64,000 bases of DNA from positions 372,001 through 436,000 of the forward strand of contig OZ025681.1 of the NCBI GenBank assembly GCA_964019335.1. The letters are read 5' to 3'. Under the pieces are notes generated by a model. The model was not told the DNA's origin. It did not search any database and worked only from the letters and a program-made list of their open reading frames with translations. Position numbers and translations under genes: made by a program. This document shows positions 31,855 through 43,937 of this stretch, in pieces. Origin of the DNA: Diplonema japonicum (Eukaryota; Protista; Euglenozoa: Diplonemea). The first letter of the stretch is position 1, and every line of letters begins with the position of its first letter.

Positions 31855-32348
31855 TTTCTTTTTTTTATTTAAATTTATTTGTTGTGTGGAATTATAAGAG
31901 GAAAAGAAAAAAAAAGTGTGCTTTATTTATTTTTATTTTTTTATTTTGACCGCACGGAAACCAAAAGGATAAAAAGAAAAAAAAGAAAGAAGACGAACTA
32001 GGATGGAATATCATGCTAGCAATGACCCCATCATCAAATAATAAAAAGAAAATAAAAAGAAAGAAGAGCTTCTAACCTGTGCGGCCACCTCTCAGATATG
32101 AGCAGTAGGGTGCGGGGCATCTTTTTCTTTGACCGAAGCTAAATGCGACCCATGACACCCTGTTTTTGAAAGGTCTGCCTGTGCCTGGTGTGCCCGCCGT
32201 GTCTCTTGACGCAGTGCAATATAGGCCAAAGGTTTTGCGAAGAATAAGAGGACACTGTTCCCTCCCCCCTCCTTGCCTGAAAGGCTAGGCTGGCAAAGCA
32301 AAAGAGAGGGGAGGAGGAGGGGAACAAAAGAACAATAAAAGGGACACA

Positions 32349-34466
32349 TCAGGCGCGGGAGTAAAGCATCACGTACGGCATAGAACAAGCTTGTGCAAGC
32401 GAGCTTTGCGTGACATGGTTGTCGTCGCACTTGAACCACGTGTGGTTGACACGCACGTACGCGATGTAGTGACCGTACCCCACCTCTCCTTTGTGCTCGA
32501 TGACAGCAGTGAGGTGATAGGTGAAGGGGTCGGACGTAGGGGGCTTGGGAGAGCCGGTCTCAAGAAGATTTGAGATGGCCCTTTCAAGGTTCCACTTCGA
32601 TGTTTCTAAAATTGAATAGAGGCTAGACGCATCTTGTGCCGGGAACATGTCCTGTATGTCGGAGAACTGCTCTGCGTACTCAGCAGGCACTTCAGGGACA
32701 GGTGGGTGTACAGGGTCAGCGTCAGGGTGCATATGCCTTTTTAGACTTATTGTTTCTTGAACAGTGACCTGTCTTGTATCTTTCACGTACGCTACCCTGC
32801 GGGGGCAGAACGCGAACCGTTTCAAGTGGAGTACAACGGCAGACGGCAGCGATTTGATGCTGTACTGCTTGAAAGCCGTAGTGAAGATCTTGTCGGGCAC
32901 CCTCTCAACAGGTTCGGGAGCCGGTGGTGAGTTGGACGGTGATGGTAGCGACGCCACTGGTGTGTCGTCAGCTTCGTCTTCCTCTTCTTCCTCTTCTTCT
33001 TCCTCCTCGTTGTCTTCCTCTTCTTCCTCTTCCACTTCCTCCTCGCCGTTTTTAAGCAGTTCTTGTATCTCCACCGAGCCTCCCCGCTCTCTCGTGGCGT
33101 TGATGGCCTGAGCACGTTCCTCAGCTATTCTCTTTTGATAGGCTTCAAACTGTGCTTTATTACATGTTGAGCAGGGGTACTTACAGTCGGTCAAGGGCTC
33201 TGGTGAGAAGAAGGCGTCGAGGGACTCATCAACAGACCTGGTGATGGACAGGGAGAAGTCATAGAATGGTTCCTCCACTGTGGAGGATTGCTCGCAGTCA
33301 CCGCAGCATAGCGTTGAGTTGAGCTTTCCACCATAAGCCACTTGGAATGGGTTGGCGGCAGTGGCTCCACTCGCAGCGTGTTCGAGCTCAATGGTGTCGG
33401 TGAGGAAGCGGAGGTACTCTTGCGCGTCGTGCTGGTAATACCCTCTGAATTGTGGACCTGCTTTCTGAATCTCTGTGAGGACACCTCTTAGCAAGCTGCT
33501 GACTTGGTCTTTCCCAGAGTGAACCTTCACAAGAAGCGCGGACACGGCAGCGGTGACGGGACCTTTGCGCCCTTCGCTTTTTTTCTGCAGTGCGTCGTGC
33601 AGTCCTGGTGTCCACGATATCAGCTGCATCACCGAATTCATGAAGCATGTGTTCCCGAAGTTCGTCAGACCTTTGAGACCGGCAGCTGAGGCGGAGGGGT
33701 CGAGGAATGTTCCGCCGCCACCGCCGCCGTTACCGTTGTGCTGCTTGTGTTGTTTCTTGCGACCCTGAACAGCTACGAAACGATTGTTCTTGTTGTTCTT
33801 GTTTCGTTGTCGTTTAGGGTTCTGCATTGTGAACTCGGGAAGGGCTTCATCACCCATGGCGTGCACGTCCAAGAGCTGGGTGCAGCAGGCTCGGTATTCC
33901 CGTGCGAACTCTTCGTCTTCGTCTATAAGGTAGCCTTCAAAGTTGACATTTCTCCCCCTTACACATTCGCAGGACTCGACTTCGTTTAGAGGGAACAGCG
34001 GGTTGCGGACATCTAATTGGCACGAAAAGCACTTTGCAGGGAAGTGGTCATGCGTAGCATCTGCTAGCTGCAGGTACACGCTGTGTATATTTCGTTTCTT
34101 GTGTTTTTCAAAGTGCTCGTATGCATGCTTCGCTTTGCAGCCTGTGTAGCCGCATGAGAGGCAGCCCAGAATGTCCTCTGTGTTGAAAGATGGTTGATGC
34201 ATAGTTGACTTGCCCTTCTTTGCTTTTCCGTTGGCCTTTGCGGTGTCCATTGCGCACCCTTCACACCAGGCTGTTACGGCGTTCGTTTGAAGATTGGTTT
34301 GGAGTGTGGTCATATTCAGGTTCATCACACAAGGGCACAGCCCGATCCCGTCGTCGTCACCGGCTTCGTCTCCCGATTCTGGGAGAAGCCCTTTTTTCTT
34401 CAGAATTTGTCGCTCCCTCTTCTGGCGTTTCTTTTCCGCTTTTGTTTGTTTTTTTTCCTTCGTCAT
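32349..34466 (-). CDS. Ubiquitin-specific protease with zf-UBP-like N-terminus and CUE-like insertion
   Basis: Cys box GLTNFGNTCFMNSVMQ, QHDAQEYL, His box HKGEVGYGHYIAY, DDNHV; zf-UBP-like CLSCGYTGC...HAYEH. Likely start MTKEKK. Confidence 0.9.
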   Translation of the reverse strand: MTKEKKQTKAEKKRQKRERQILKKKGLLPESGDEAGDDDGIGLCPCVMNLNMTTLQTNLQTNAVTAWCEGCAMDTAKANGKAKKGKSTMHQPSFNTEDILGCLSCGYTGCKAKHAYEHFEKHKKRNIHSVYLQLADATHDHFPAKCFSCQLDVRNPLFPLNEVESCECVRGRNVNFEGYLIDEDEEFAREYRACCTQLLDVHAMGDEALPEFTMQNPKRQRNKNNKNNRFVAVQGRKKQHKQHNGNGGGGGGTFLDPSASAAGLKGLTNFGNTCFMNSVMQLISWTPGLHDALQKKSEGRKGPVTAAVSALLVKVHSGKDQVSSLLRGVLTEIQKAGPQFRGYYQHDAQEYLRFLTDTIELEHAASGATAANPFQVAYGGKLNSTLCCGDCEQSSTVEEPFYDFSLSITRSVDESLDAFFSPEPLTDCKYPCSTCNKAQFEAYQKRIAEERAQAINATRERGGSVEIQELLKNGEEEVEEEEEEDNEEEEEEEEEEDEADDTPVASLPSPSNSPPAPEPVERVPDKIFTTAFKQYSIKSLPSAVVLHLKRFAFCPRRVAYVKDTRQVTVQETISLKRHMHPDADPVHPPVPEVPAEYAEQFSDIQDMFPAQDASSLYSILETSKWNLERAISNLLETGSPKPPTSDPFTYHLTAVIEHKGEVGYGHYIAYVRVNHTWFKCDDNHVTQSSLAQACSMPYVMLYSRA

Positions 34467-34699
34467 CTTTTTCAAAGAAAGTTTAGTTTCACCCCCCCTC
34501 CCCTCTTTTTTCCTGTGTTGAAGGATGCAGTACTTCACTCCAGTTGTGCTGGCCCGACTGAGGACGAAGTTTCTTCCGAAACACAAAAGACGTAAATACG
34601 GACAAAGAGGAATTTAAAGAAAGTAAAAAAGAAGAGAAGGCAGAGGACCGCTACATGCACCGCCGAGCCCCCATTTTTTTAAAATATCTTTTTAAATAT

Positions 34700-35858
34700 C
34701 CCCTAAACGCCCGCGCGGACGTTTTTGTCCTTATTTCAAAATTTGCTTTTTCGCTAAGTACTTTTTTTTGAACACGGTCCCTGGACTTCAAAATATGGCA
34801 TTATTGTTGCGCGGTTTATTTTGTCTTGGAACTACATTTTGCGTTAAAAGTTTTGTTTTAATTGAAACTGGCAGGGTTGGCTTAAAATGAAATCAGATGG
34901 TCAAAATAGCAGCGAAAACGTGAGTCTCCCCGACTAGTCAGATAAAGAAGAAAAAGACGATGAGGCGGTCAAAGAGGGGCCGGAAACGATGCTTGGGTGG
35001 GAGAAATACTTCCAAAGGCCCGAAACATATCATTTCCGTGAAAAGGTGGGCTTAGGACACCTCTAGGTGAAGCGACCAATGAGGAGGGTGTTTTTAATCT
35101 TTTTTTTTTACAACAAATTCTAATTTAACCATCCCGGCTTTTGAGAAAATGAGGAAACCGATTCGTTGACATACAGCGCTACCTCACCTTTGACAACCTG
35201 GAAACATCAGTAAGGCCTGAAGCCCATGCCCCAAAAACCGATAGCACACACCCCCGACAACACCGTCACCGACCCCCAAGCGCAAACACGCTAGCAATGA
35301 GGATTCCCTCACTCAGAAATACCCAAAACGTCTCGATTTGACCCTAAATCACACCTCCGAGACCATGATGAACGGAACGAAGGTGAGGAGGGTGCTCTGT
35401 GCTGTTCCTGGGTGCGGGAAGAAGGTGCAAACGTGGTGCCCCTGTTGCAAAACCCCCTTATGCAAAACGTGTTTTTTACCCTTGCATGCTACCCCAGCTG
35501 GAAAAAAAACAAGTTGCTTTTTTCATCCCACAGCCCCAAAAAGTCTCCAGACCGACCTCAATCCTAGAATTCAGGGCACCAAATAGGGCTGAATGCTGCC
35601 CTTTTTAGCCCAGCCATAACTCCACGGACCCCCCACGACAAGACCCCCCAAGATCGGACATAAAAAGTACCCCCTCAACCCCCCTCTTACACACATAGTT
35701 AAGTGTTCTCATCTGAATCTGGCACCCGGAATTGAAAATTTTAGTACCGTTTACCCTTTCCTTGCACCTTCCTATGGTTGCATGCTGCCCTTTTTTGAGT
35801 ATTCAAAGCAACAACGAAAATGGGGGGGTACCGTAGATAGGCTCCGGGCGTTTAGGGG
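34700..35858 (+). mobile_element. Internally deleted piggyBac-like DNA transposon with ATAT flanks
   Basis: Perfect 14-bp TIR CCCCTAAACGCCCG (34700-34713 / 35845-35858) with ATAT on both sides; remnant Cys-rich C-terminus CAVPGCGKKVQTWCPCCKTPLCKTCFLPLH. Confidence 0.8.
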
Positions 35859-36741
35859 ATATAAATGTACTTTCGTAAAAATATGGGGGAAAGAGAAACC
35901 TGCCAACAGCAGATGGACAGAGACCTGATATTGAGCAGGCAAGTGTTAAGAATTGGGTTTTCATAGGCCATGTTAGGTTGTACCCAGGGGTCACAAGTGC
36001 CACTTTTATGCATCTGTATTTCAAGCTTAAAATTGCGTTTTAAACACTATTGGACCTCTGTTTTCGCTTCCCGGGGCCAACCGGTTGCCTGCCACCCTCA
36101 TGGTTGCATGTTGCGAATTCTGTTTGACTTTTACCTTCGCAAAAGAAGCAAGTTTTGTAACTCGTATTTAGAATCTCTTATAAGATTTGAAAACACAGTG
36201 CAACATGCGTAGGATCTGTAGGGCTTTGTTCGAACCGTCTCAACAACACATGATATTCTTTTTACCGGGGTTTCGTTTTTTTTTTTTTAATCCCCTCTTC
36301 TTTCTTATTCTTTCTTTCTTTTTTTAAAATGATGAAAAACAGAAAACACTTTTTGTAGCATAGGTACAAAGAAGAGAAAATGTGCACTTTTTTTTCTCTT
36401 TTTCTAAGCAAAAGGAAAAAAAAAAAAATGTCTTTGAAGGGAACCTGCGGTATAAAAAAGAGCAAAATACACATTTTGATCTCGCAACCTTTCGAAGAGT
36501 TCGCAAGAATAATGCCAATTCTCTTGAATGGTACAACTTTAGATTTCGCAACCCCACCCCGTACACAGGTGTACATAAATAAAATAAAATAAAAGAACGA
36601 GCAACCTTGGATACACAAATAAGGTCAGAACTGGAGAAAAGGAATCAACAGGGCACTCGATCTAATCTTTTTTTTTTTTTTTTTTGTAAATGTTTAAAAA
36701 AAAGAAAAAAGAGGAACAGAAAGAAGGTTGATATGGCGAAT

Positions 36742-36925
36742 AAACAAAAACAAAAACAAAAACAAAAACAAAAACAAAAACAAAAACAAAAACAAAAACA
36801 AAAACAAAAACAAAAACAAAAACAAAAACAAAAACAAAAACAAAAACAAAAACAAAAACAAAAACAAAAACAAAAACAAAAACAAAAACAAAAACAAAAA
36901 CAAAAACAAAAACAAAAACAAAAAC
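36742..36925. repeat. (CAAAAA)n microsatellite
   Basis: About 30 perfect units. Confidence 0.97.
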
Positions 36926-37163
36926 GCCTGCTACCCATAGTCACAGCCCGTCGCCACCCTTAATGGCTAGATTTCGCTTCGTAAAATAATTTCACCACTG
37001 AATTCCTCTCTTCGTCTATTGCCAACGGTGCGCAGGCGTATGACTATTTCTCGGGAAACGAAAAAAAAAGAAAAAGAAGGCGAGAAAAACAAAAAACAAA
37101 AACAATATGATAAATGGAGCGACGAACACTGAAAGAAAGGGGAAAAGAAAGGAATGTTGTGAC

Positions 37164-40100
37164 CTACAAGGCCACCTCAAGATCAGTATCCAAAGCCAGT
37201 CCAACTTCGTCATCCAGCACCATGTCCTCCATTGCCTCACCATCGCCGTTCTAGTGGGTGGTGGGGTTACGAGTTAGAACATACCAATAATTCAATCTGC
37301 TTGCTGAACTCAAGAGGGACAGGCTTCCTGTTTCGCCAGGCCACTGCTCCCAGGCCCACGCACAGTACCAATACACCACCAAGCACACCGAGTATGATAG
37401 GTAGAATGCTCGTACTCCCACTGCTTTCTTCAGGCACACCTAATTCGTCCCCCTCTGGAGTAGTATCGTTGCCCCCCCCAGGGGCAATAGGAGCAGGTGC
37501 CATCGTTATTGGTTCCGCAGTTGTCCCTGGCACAAGGGTTACAGGCGCAGGTGTCTCAGGAGCTTGAGTATCGGGCCCCACGCTGGGCTCTGATGTTGCA
37601 CCCGGTACAAGCGTTGGGGGAAGTGTTCCAGGAGAAAGAGTCGTGGTGGGTGCACCTGTCGCAGTCAAAGGCGCCGATGATACTGGTGGGGAATAAGTAG
37701 TACCCGGAACAAGAGTGGAAGGACTAACAGTTGGAGGCGCCGATGTAACAGGCGCAGAGGTGTCGGGTACTTGTGTCATAGGTGGGATTGTGGGAGGAGA
37801 AGAAGTGGTACCCGGAACAAGAGTTACAGGAACATCGGTCGGAGGAGACAATGTAACAGGTGCAGAGGTATCCGGTATTTGCGTCATAGGTGGGATTGTG
37901 GGAGGAGAATAAGTAGTACCCGGAACAAGAGTTGAAGGACTAACAGTCAGGGGGGACGATGTAACAGGTGCAGAGGTATCCGGTGTTTGCGTCACAGGCG
38001 AGATTGTTGGGGGAGAAGTGGTACCCGGAACAAGAGTTGTAGGACTAGCAGTCGGGGGGGATGATGTTACAGGCGCGGAGGTGTCGGGTGCTTGCGTCAC
38101 AGGTGGGATTGTGGGGGGAGAAGAAGTGGTACCTGGAACAAGGGTCGCTGGACTAGCAGTCGGGGGTGACGATGTAACAGGTGCAGAAGTATAGGGCGTC
38201 TGAGTCGCAGATGGAGAAGAAGTTCTTGGAACAAGGGTTACAGGACTAGCAGTCAGGGGGGACGATGTAACAGGTGCAGAGGTATCGGGTGCTTGCGATA
38301 AAAATGTCTCGGGGCTTACAGTTGCAGGTGCAGAGGTGTCGGGTACTTGTGTCATAGGTGGGATTGTGGGAGGAGAAGAAGTAGTACCCGGAACAAGTGT
38401 TACAGGAACATCAGTCGGAGGAGACAATGTAACAGGTGCAGAGGTATCCGGTGCTTGCGTCACAGGTGGAAGTGTGGGGGGAGAAGAAGTGGTCCCCGGA
38501 ACAAGAGTTGAAGGACTACCAGTCAGGGGGGACGATGTAACAGGTGCAGAGGTTTCTGGTGCTTGCGTCACAGGTGGAAGTGTGGGGGGAGAAGAAGTGG
38601 TAACCGGAACAAGGGTTACAGGACTAGCAGTCGGAGGAGACGATGTTACAGGAGCAGAGGTGTAGGGTACCTGTGTCACAGGTGGGATTGTAGGAGAAGA
38701 AGTGGTACCTGGTACAAGGGTGATAGGACTAGGTGCCATCGTAGGGGCTAGGGTTGTAGGAGTCATTGTTGGGGTAAGGGTTGTAGGAAACAGGGTCTTT
38801 GGAGTCATGGTTGGTACCGCTGTTGTCGGAGCTGTAGGGGCCAGGGTAGCAGGAGTCATGGTAGGTGCCGCTGTTGTCGGAGGAGTCAAGGTAAAGGGTA
38901 CTGCCGTCGGAGACGAGGGCACCGCTGTCGGAGGAGTCAAGGGCGCTGCCGTCACGGGCACTGCCGTCGGAGACGAGGGCGCTGCTGTCACGGGCACTGC
39001 CGTCGGAGTCGAGGGCACTGCTGTCACGGGCACTGCCGTCGGAGTCGAGGGCGCTGCTGTCGGAGGAGTCGAGGGCGCTGCCGTCACGGGTACTGCCGTC
39101 GGAGACGAGGGCGCTGCTGTCGGAGGAGTCAAGGTAAAGGGTACTACAGTGGGAGACGAGGGCACTGCTGTCACGGGCACTGCCGTCGGAGTAGAGGGCA
39201 CTGCTGTCGGAGGAGTCGAGGGCGCTGCCGTCACGGGTACTGCCGTCGGAGACGAGGGCGCTGCTGTCGGAGGAGTCAAGGTAAAGGGTACTACAGTAGG
39301 AGACGAGGGCACTGCTGTCACGGGCACTGCCGTCGGAGTCGAGGGCGCTGCTGTCGGAGGAGTCGAGGGCGCTGCCGTCACGGGCACTGCCGTCGGAGAC
39401 GAGGGCGCTGCTGTCGGAGGAGTCAAGGTAAAGGGTACTGCTGTCGGAGACGAGGGCACTGCTGTCGGAGTCCAGGTTAAGGGTACTGCTGTCGGAGACG
39501 AGGGCACCGATGTCACGGGTACTGCAGTCGGAGACGAGGGTGTTGCTGTCACGGGTACTGCTGTCGGAGACGAGGGCGCTGCTGTCGGAGGAGTAAAGGG
39601 TATTGCAGTTGGAGACGAGGGCACCGCTGTCACGGGCACTGCAGTCGGAGGAGTCCAGGTAAAGGGTACTGCAGTCGGAAACGAGGGCACTGCTGTCGGA
39701 GGAGTCCAGGTTAAGGGTACTGCCGTCGGAGACGATGGTACTGCTGTCGGGGGAGTCAAGGTAAAGGGTACTGCTGTCGGAGGAGTCCAGGTAAAGGGTA
39801 CTGCCGTCGGAGACGATGGCACCGCTGTCAGAGGAGTCACGGGCACTGCCGTCGGAGACGAGGGCACCGCTGTCGGAGGAGTCAAGGGCACTGCTGTCAC
39901 GGGCACTGCAGTCGGAGGAGTCCAGGTAAAGGGTACTGCCGTCGGAAACGAGGGCACTGCTGTCGGAGGAGTCCAGGTTAAGGGTACTGCCGTCGGAGAC
40001 GATGGTACTGCTGTCGGGGGAGTCAAGGTAAAGGGTACTGCTGTCGGAGGAGTCAAGGGCACTGCTGTCGGAGGAGTCCAGGTAAAGGGTACTGCCGTCG

Positions 40101-43086
40101 GAAACGAGGGCACTGCTGTCGGAGGAGTCCAGGTTAAGGGTACTGCAGTCGGAGACGATGGTACTGCTGTCGGGGGAGTCAAGGTAAAGGGTACTGCTGT
40201 CGGAGGAGTCAAGGGCACTGCTGTCGGAGGAGTCCAGGTAAAGGGTACTGCCGTCGGAAACGAGGGCACTGCTGTCGGAGGAGTCCAGGTTAAGGGTACT
40301 GCAGTCGGAGACGATGGTACTGCTGTCGGGGGAGTCAAGGTAAAGGGTACTGCTGTCGGAGGAGTCAAGGGCACTGCTGTCACGGGCACTGCTGTCGGAG
40401 GAGTCCAGGTAAAGGGTACTGCCGTCGGAGACGATGGCACTGCTGTCGGAGGAGTCAAGGGCACAGCCGTCGGAGACGAGGGCACCGCTGTCGGAGGAGT
40501 CCAGGTAAAGGGTACTGCCGTCGGAGACGAGGGCGCTGCTGTTGGAGACAATGGCACCGCTGTTGGAGGAGTCATAGTAAAGGGTACTGCTGTCGGAGGA
40601 GTCCAGGTAAAGGGCACTACCGTCGGAGGAGACAAAGTAGCAGGTGCTACAGTATCAGGAAAAGGAGTGGGCACTGCTGTCGGAGGAGACAAGGTAGCGG
40701 GCGCTGCAGTATCAGGAAAAGGAGTGGGCACTGCTGTCGGAGGAGACAAGGTAGCGGGCGCTGCAGTATCAGGAAAAGGAGTGGGCACTGCTGTCGGAGG
40801 AGACAAGGTAGCGGGCGCTGCAGTATCAGGAAAAGGAGTGGGCACTGCTGTCGGAGGAGACAAGGTAGCGGGCGCTGCAGTATCAGGAAAAGGAGTGGGC
40901 ACTGCTGTCGGAGGAGACAAGGTTGCGGGCGCTGCAGTATCAGGAAAAGGAGTAGGTCCCTCGTGCATACAGTAGCCACCAGGACCGCAGCGGTACCAAT
41001 CGATGCACTGGCAGTACCCTTGTGAGCTTGCGGTAAGGTTCATGATGGGCTCGTTCCCAGTTGGCTTGACCAACGAGGATGAGCACTGTTGGTGCATGAC
41101 AGGCTTTGTGTCACATTTCGGAATGAAGGTTGTGCCGATGTCGCACACACGTGTTGTGTTGCACATCTCGCTGTCTTTCGAGAACCAAACATCGCCTTGG
41201 GACATGCAGGTCTGCACGCTCTGACCCCTAGAGGCCCAGACATTGTCGAGGCTCCATTGCTTGCACTTGGCAAGCTCCTTGAACTGGTTGGGGCCGTCGA
41301 TTGCCATGCAGGAACTGTCAAGGGTGTACATGAACTCTATTTCATTGCATGTCATGTATTTGTGTTCGCTTACCTTTCTAGTTTTGTTAACCGTCCGGTG
41401 GTAGATGGTCTCGTTAGCCGTCATGCAGCAAGATGCTTTGGTGGGTGCTGATGAATCGCAGAACCCGACGTAGCTCCCCTGACCGAAGGTGTCGCATACC
41501 AACTGCGCGCAATAGTTTTGAACCCTAGGGAGGAAGTCGTTCGCTTGGCTGAGCACCTCGGTATGCTCTCCTTCGCATGAGCTATTCCCCGCTGGGATTT
41601 CTTTGTACATGTCTTCTAGTTTGTTGCAGACCTTGCTCTGGTCGCAAGTGTCGCCGTCCATGTCCGTGGTCACATGGTTTGTTTTGCACCCGGGCAGCCA
41701 CGAACCAATTTCTTCCTTCATGCACGCGAACATTCCTTGACAGGTGGGGTACACTGGTTGGTTCACGGCGTTGGCCTCAATGAAGTCACGCATCGCTGCC
41801 AACACACAAGCACTGGAATCATCACAGGTTTCAACTGTGTCGCATTTCGCGATCGAGAAGGCGTCGTGGTAGGTGTTGGTGGTAAAGTTACGAGAGGTGT
41901 CTACATTGTTCCATATACAAGCCCCGCTTTGCTTGCAGTCCAGCGTGCCCCGCTTGTTGTTCACGCAGTACCAGTCGTTATATTTCTGATATGGCACACC
42001 GCACGCGCTGTTTGCAATGTTGTCAGCTTGCTCCCACCAGGACTGCGGGTTGATCGCACCACCGTCACATGTCGCCGGGTTTCGTAATGCACTAGTAGAC
42101 AGACGGAAATATCTATAAGATTTTGAAGAAGGGCACCATGATGCATCGCACGAGGCATCACAATAATGCGGGTATTGACAAGTAGGGCAAAAGGACGAGG
42201 CGCACGTAAGCGTACCAGCGGAAATGTAACTGTCGCACGATGGCCCGTTCTGTCTGTCATACTCATTGTAACACAAGGTAGATATCATCCCACCCGGGGT
42301 GTTCCTCACCAAGGGAACAATGGAATCATTCGCAGTTACTACGGATGAGATGGTGCGCCAGCCTGTTTTTCCGTCTTCCGAAGCTTGTACAATGAAGCTT
42401 GCGGGGTCCCTTCCTGGGTGGTCATTGGCTGTGACGAGCTTAAACATTCCAAGCTTAACCTCAGATGGGAAGGTGATGGAGAGTTTTGTGATTTTGCTGT
42501 CGAAGTACTTCGTGGTCCAATCACCGTCCACTAAATTGCTAGCGTCTTCACCTGATGGGGTCGTGTTGTTGATGCTAACAGCGGGCTTCGTTGAAATCTG
42601 TACACCATTCTCGTCGTAAAACAGTATTTCGGCAAGCTGTACACCTGCTTCTCGTTGTCCGGCAAGCCCGCATGTATTGACACGGCAGTCGTCGACCTCC
42701 TGTGGTGTGGGGAGTGTGCTGCATGTTTCGTTGCATGACAAAACGCTTTTTGAAGCGCACCCGCAGGATGAATTGTCGCATTGCAACATCGCTTGGTCGA
42801 GCAGAGGGGAGGATTTAAGAGAAAACAACCCATTGCTGCACTGCGTGAATGAAGCGGAACAAGCGAATTCGATATGTGTCTGTGGCACGGCCAGTCGCTC
42901 CTTCTCCTCCTTCGTTGTGTTTCCCATCTCATACGCGTACTTAACAGCCTCCCACGTCACATTTCTCGGGAGCAGTGCCGCATGAAGCCTTCTCAACCAC
43001 ATCTCTTTTTGCTCCGTGAGCTCGTACCCATTTGTGTCCAGTGTATAGGCTACGAGGACTAACACAAGAAATGTCTTGAAACGCAT
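37164..43086 (-). CDS. Large type-I membrane mucin-like surface protein (Cys-rich N-terminus, F5/8-like module, Pro/Thr stalk), 2 exons (37285-43086, 37164-37250)
   Basis: Signal peptide; discoidin-like NLVDGDWTTKYFD...TANDHPGRDP; ~1150-aa P/T repeat region; C-terminal TM. A 34-nt intron at 37251-37284 adds an acidic tail NGDGEAMEDMVLDD...VAL. Confidence 0.82.
37490..40960 (-). repeat. Coding tandem-repeat region of the mucin-like gene
   Basis: 57-bp unit x6 (~40620-40958); PTAVP modules with a 156-bp higher-order unit; ~120-bp TQAPDTSAPVT units. Confidence 0.93.
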
Positions 43087-43937
43087 TGGAACCTACTGTA
43101 AGAAGACGTTTAATGTGATTGAAACAAAGGTTTTCATGACATATATACTTATATAAAACTGCAATTTCTTTTCGTAGGTACTGGAAAACAAGGTAAAATC
43201 GATTTCTCCCCCCTCCCCCCGTCCTCTATTTCTGTATTGCGGGTATTCTCCGCTTTTCTCATTCTAGGGATAAATCTTTGTTGTGCGTGACGAGTGAACA
43301 CGTTGCCAACGTTCTCCTTTTTGTTTGGAGAAGTCAAAGACTCATTCTTGCAAAAAGAAAAGAAAAAAAAGAAGAAGAAGAAAAAAGAGCTGGTTTTTAG
43401 TACTACTCTTTCTTTTTTGCTCTTTACAAGAAACTTACAAGAAAGAAGAAAAAGAAAAAAAAAGAAAAGAAACTAAACCATATTGGTGTTTTCGCGATGT
43501 CGAAGCAACCGTTCAGCCTGCTCACCGCGGGAGTTCCTGCTCTGCTGGAATGGCGTTCATTCATTGAGCCAGCGTGTGTCTGTTACGCCGCCTCCTAGCC
43601 TCACCATCTCCTTCACCGTCGGGGAACAAAAGACTCGTTTTTTTTTGTTGCGAAAATGAAATAAAAATCATTCTTCATGACCATATGCCAATATGCAAAA
43701 AGAAATATTTTAAAGCTGCGAAGAATTTCTTTTTCTTTTTGTTGCCCGGCATTTAGTTATAAAATTTATAAAATCATTTCTTTTTTTGTTTGAAAAAGAC
43801 AAATATGTCACAAAAAAGTAAAACAAAAAACAAAACAAAATAAAAACAAAAAGATCCAGGAACGTGAGTTGCTTCAAAATTCCTGTCGAAAGAGTACTTC
43901 TTTTTTTTTCTTCTTTCCCATCCCTCCTTCAGGATCA

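Noticed and set aside
36742-36925. Telomeric repeat or coding (QK)n/(FC)n ORFs
   Set aside because: A simple internal hexanucleotide microsatellite; the ORFs are artefacts of the repeat.
38702-40975. 757-aa plus-strand G/V/T/A ORF
   Set aside because: It is the antisense mirror of the Pro/Thr repeat, with no independent coding signal.
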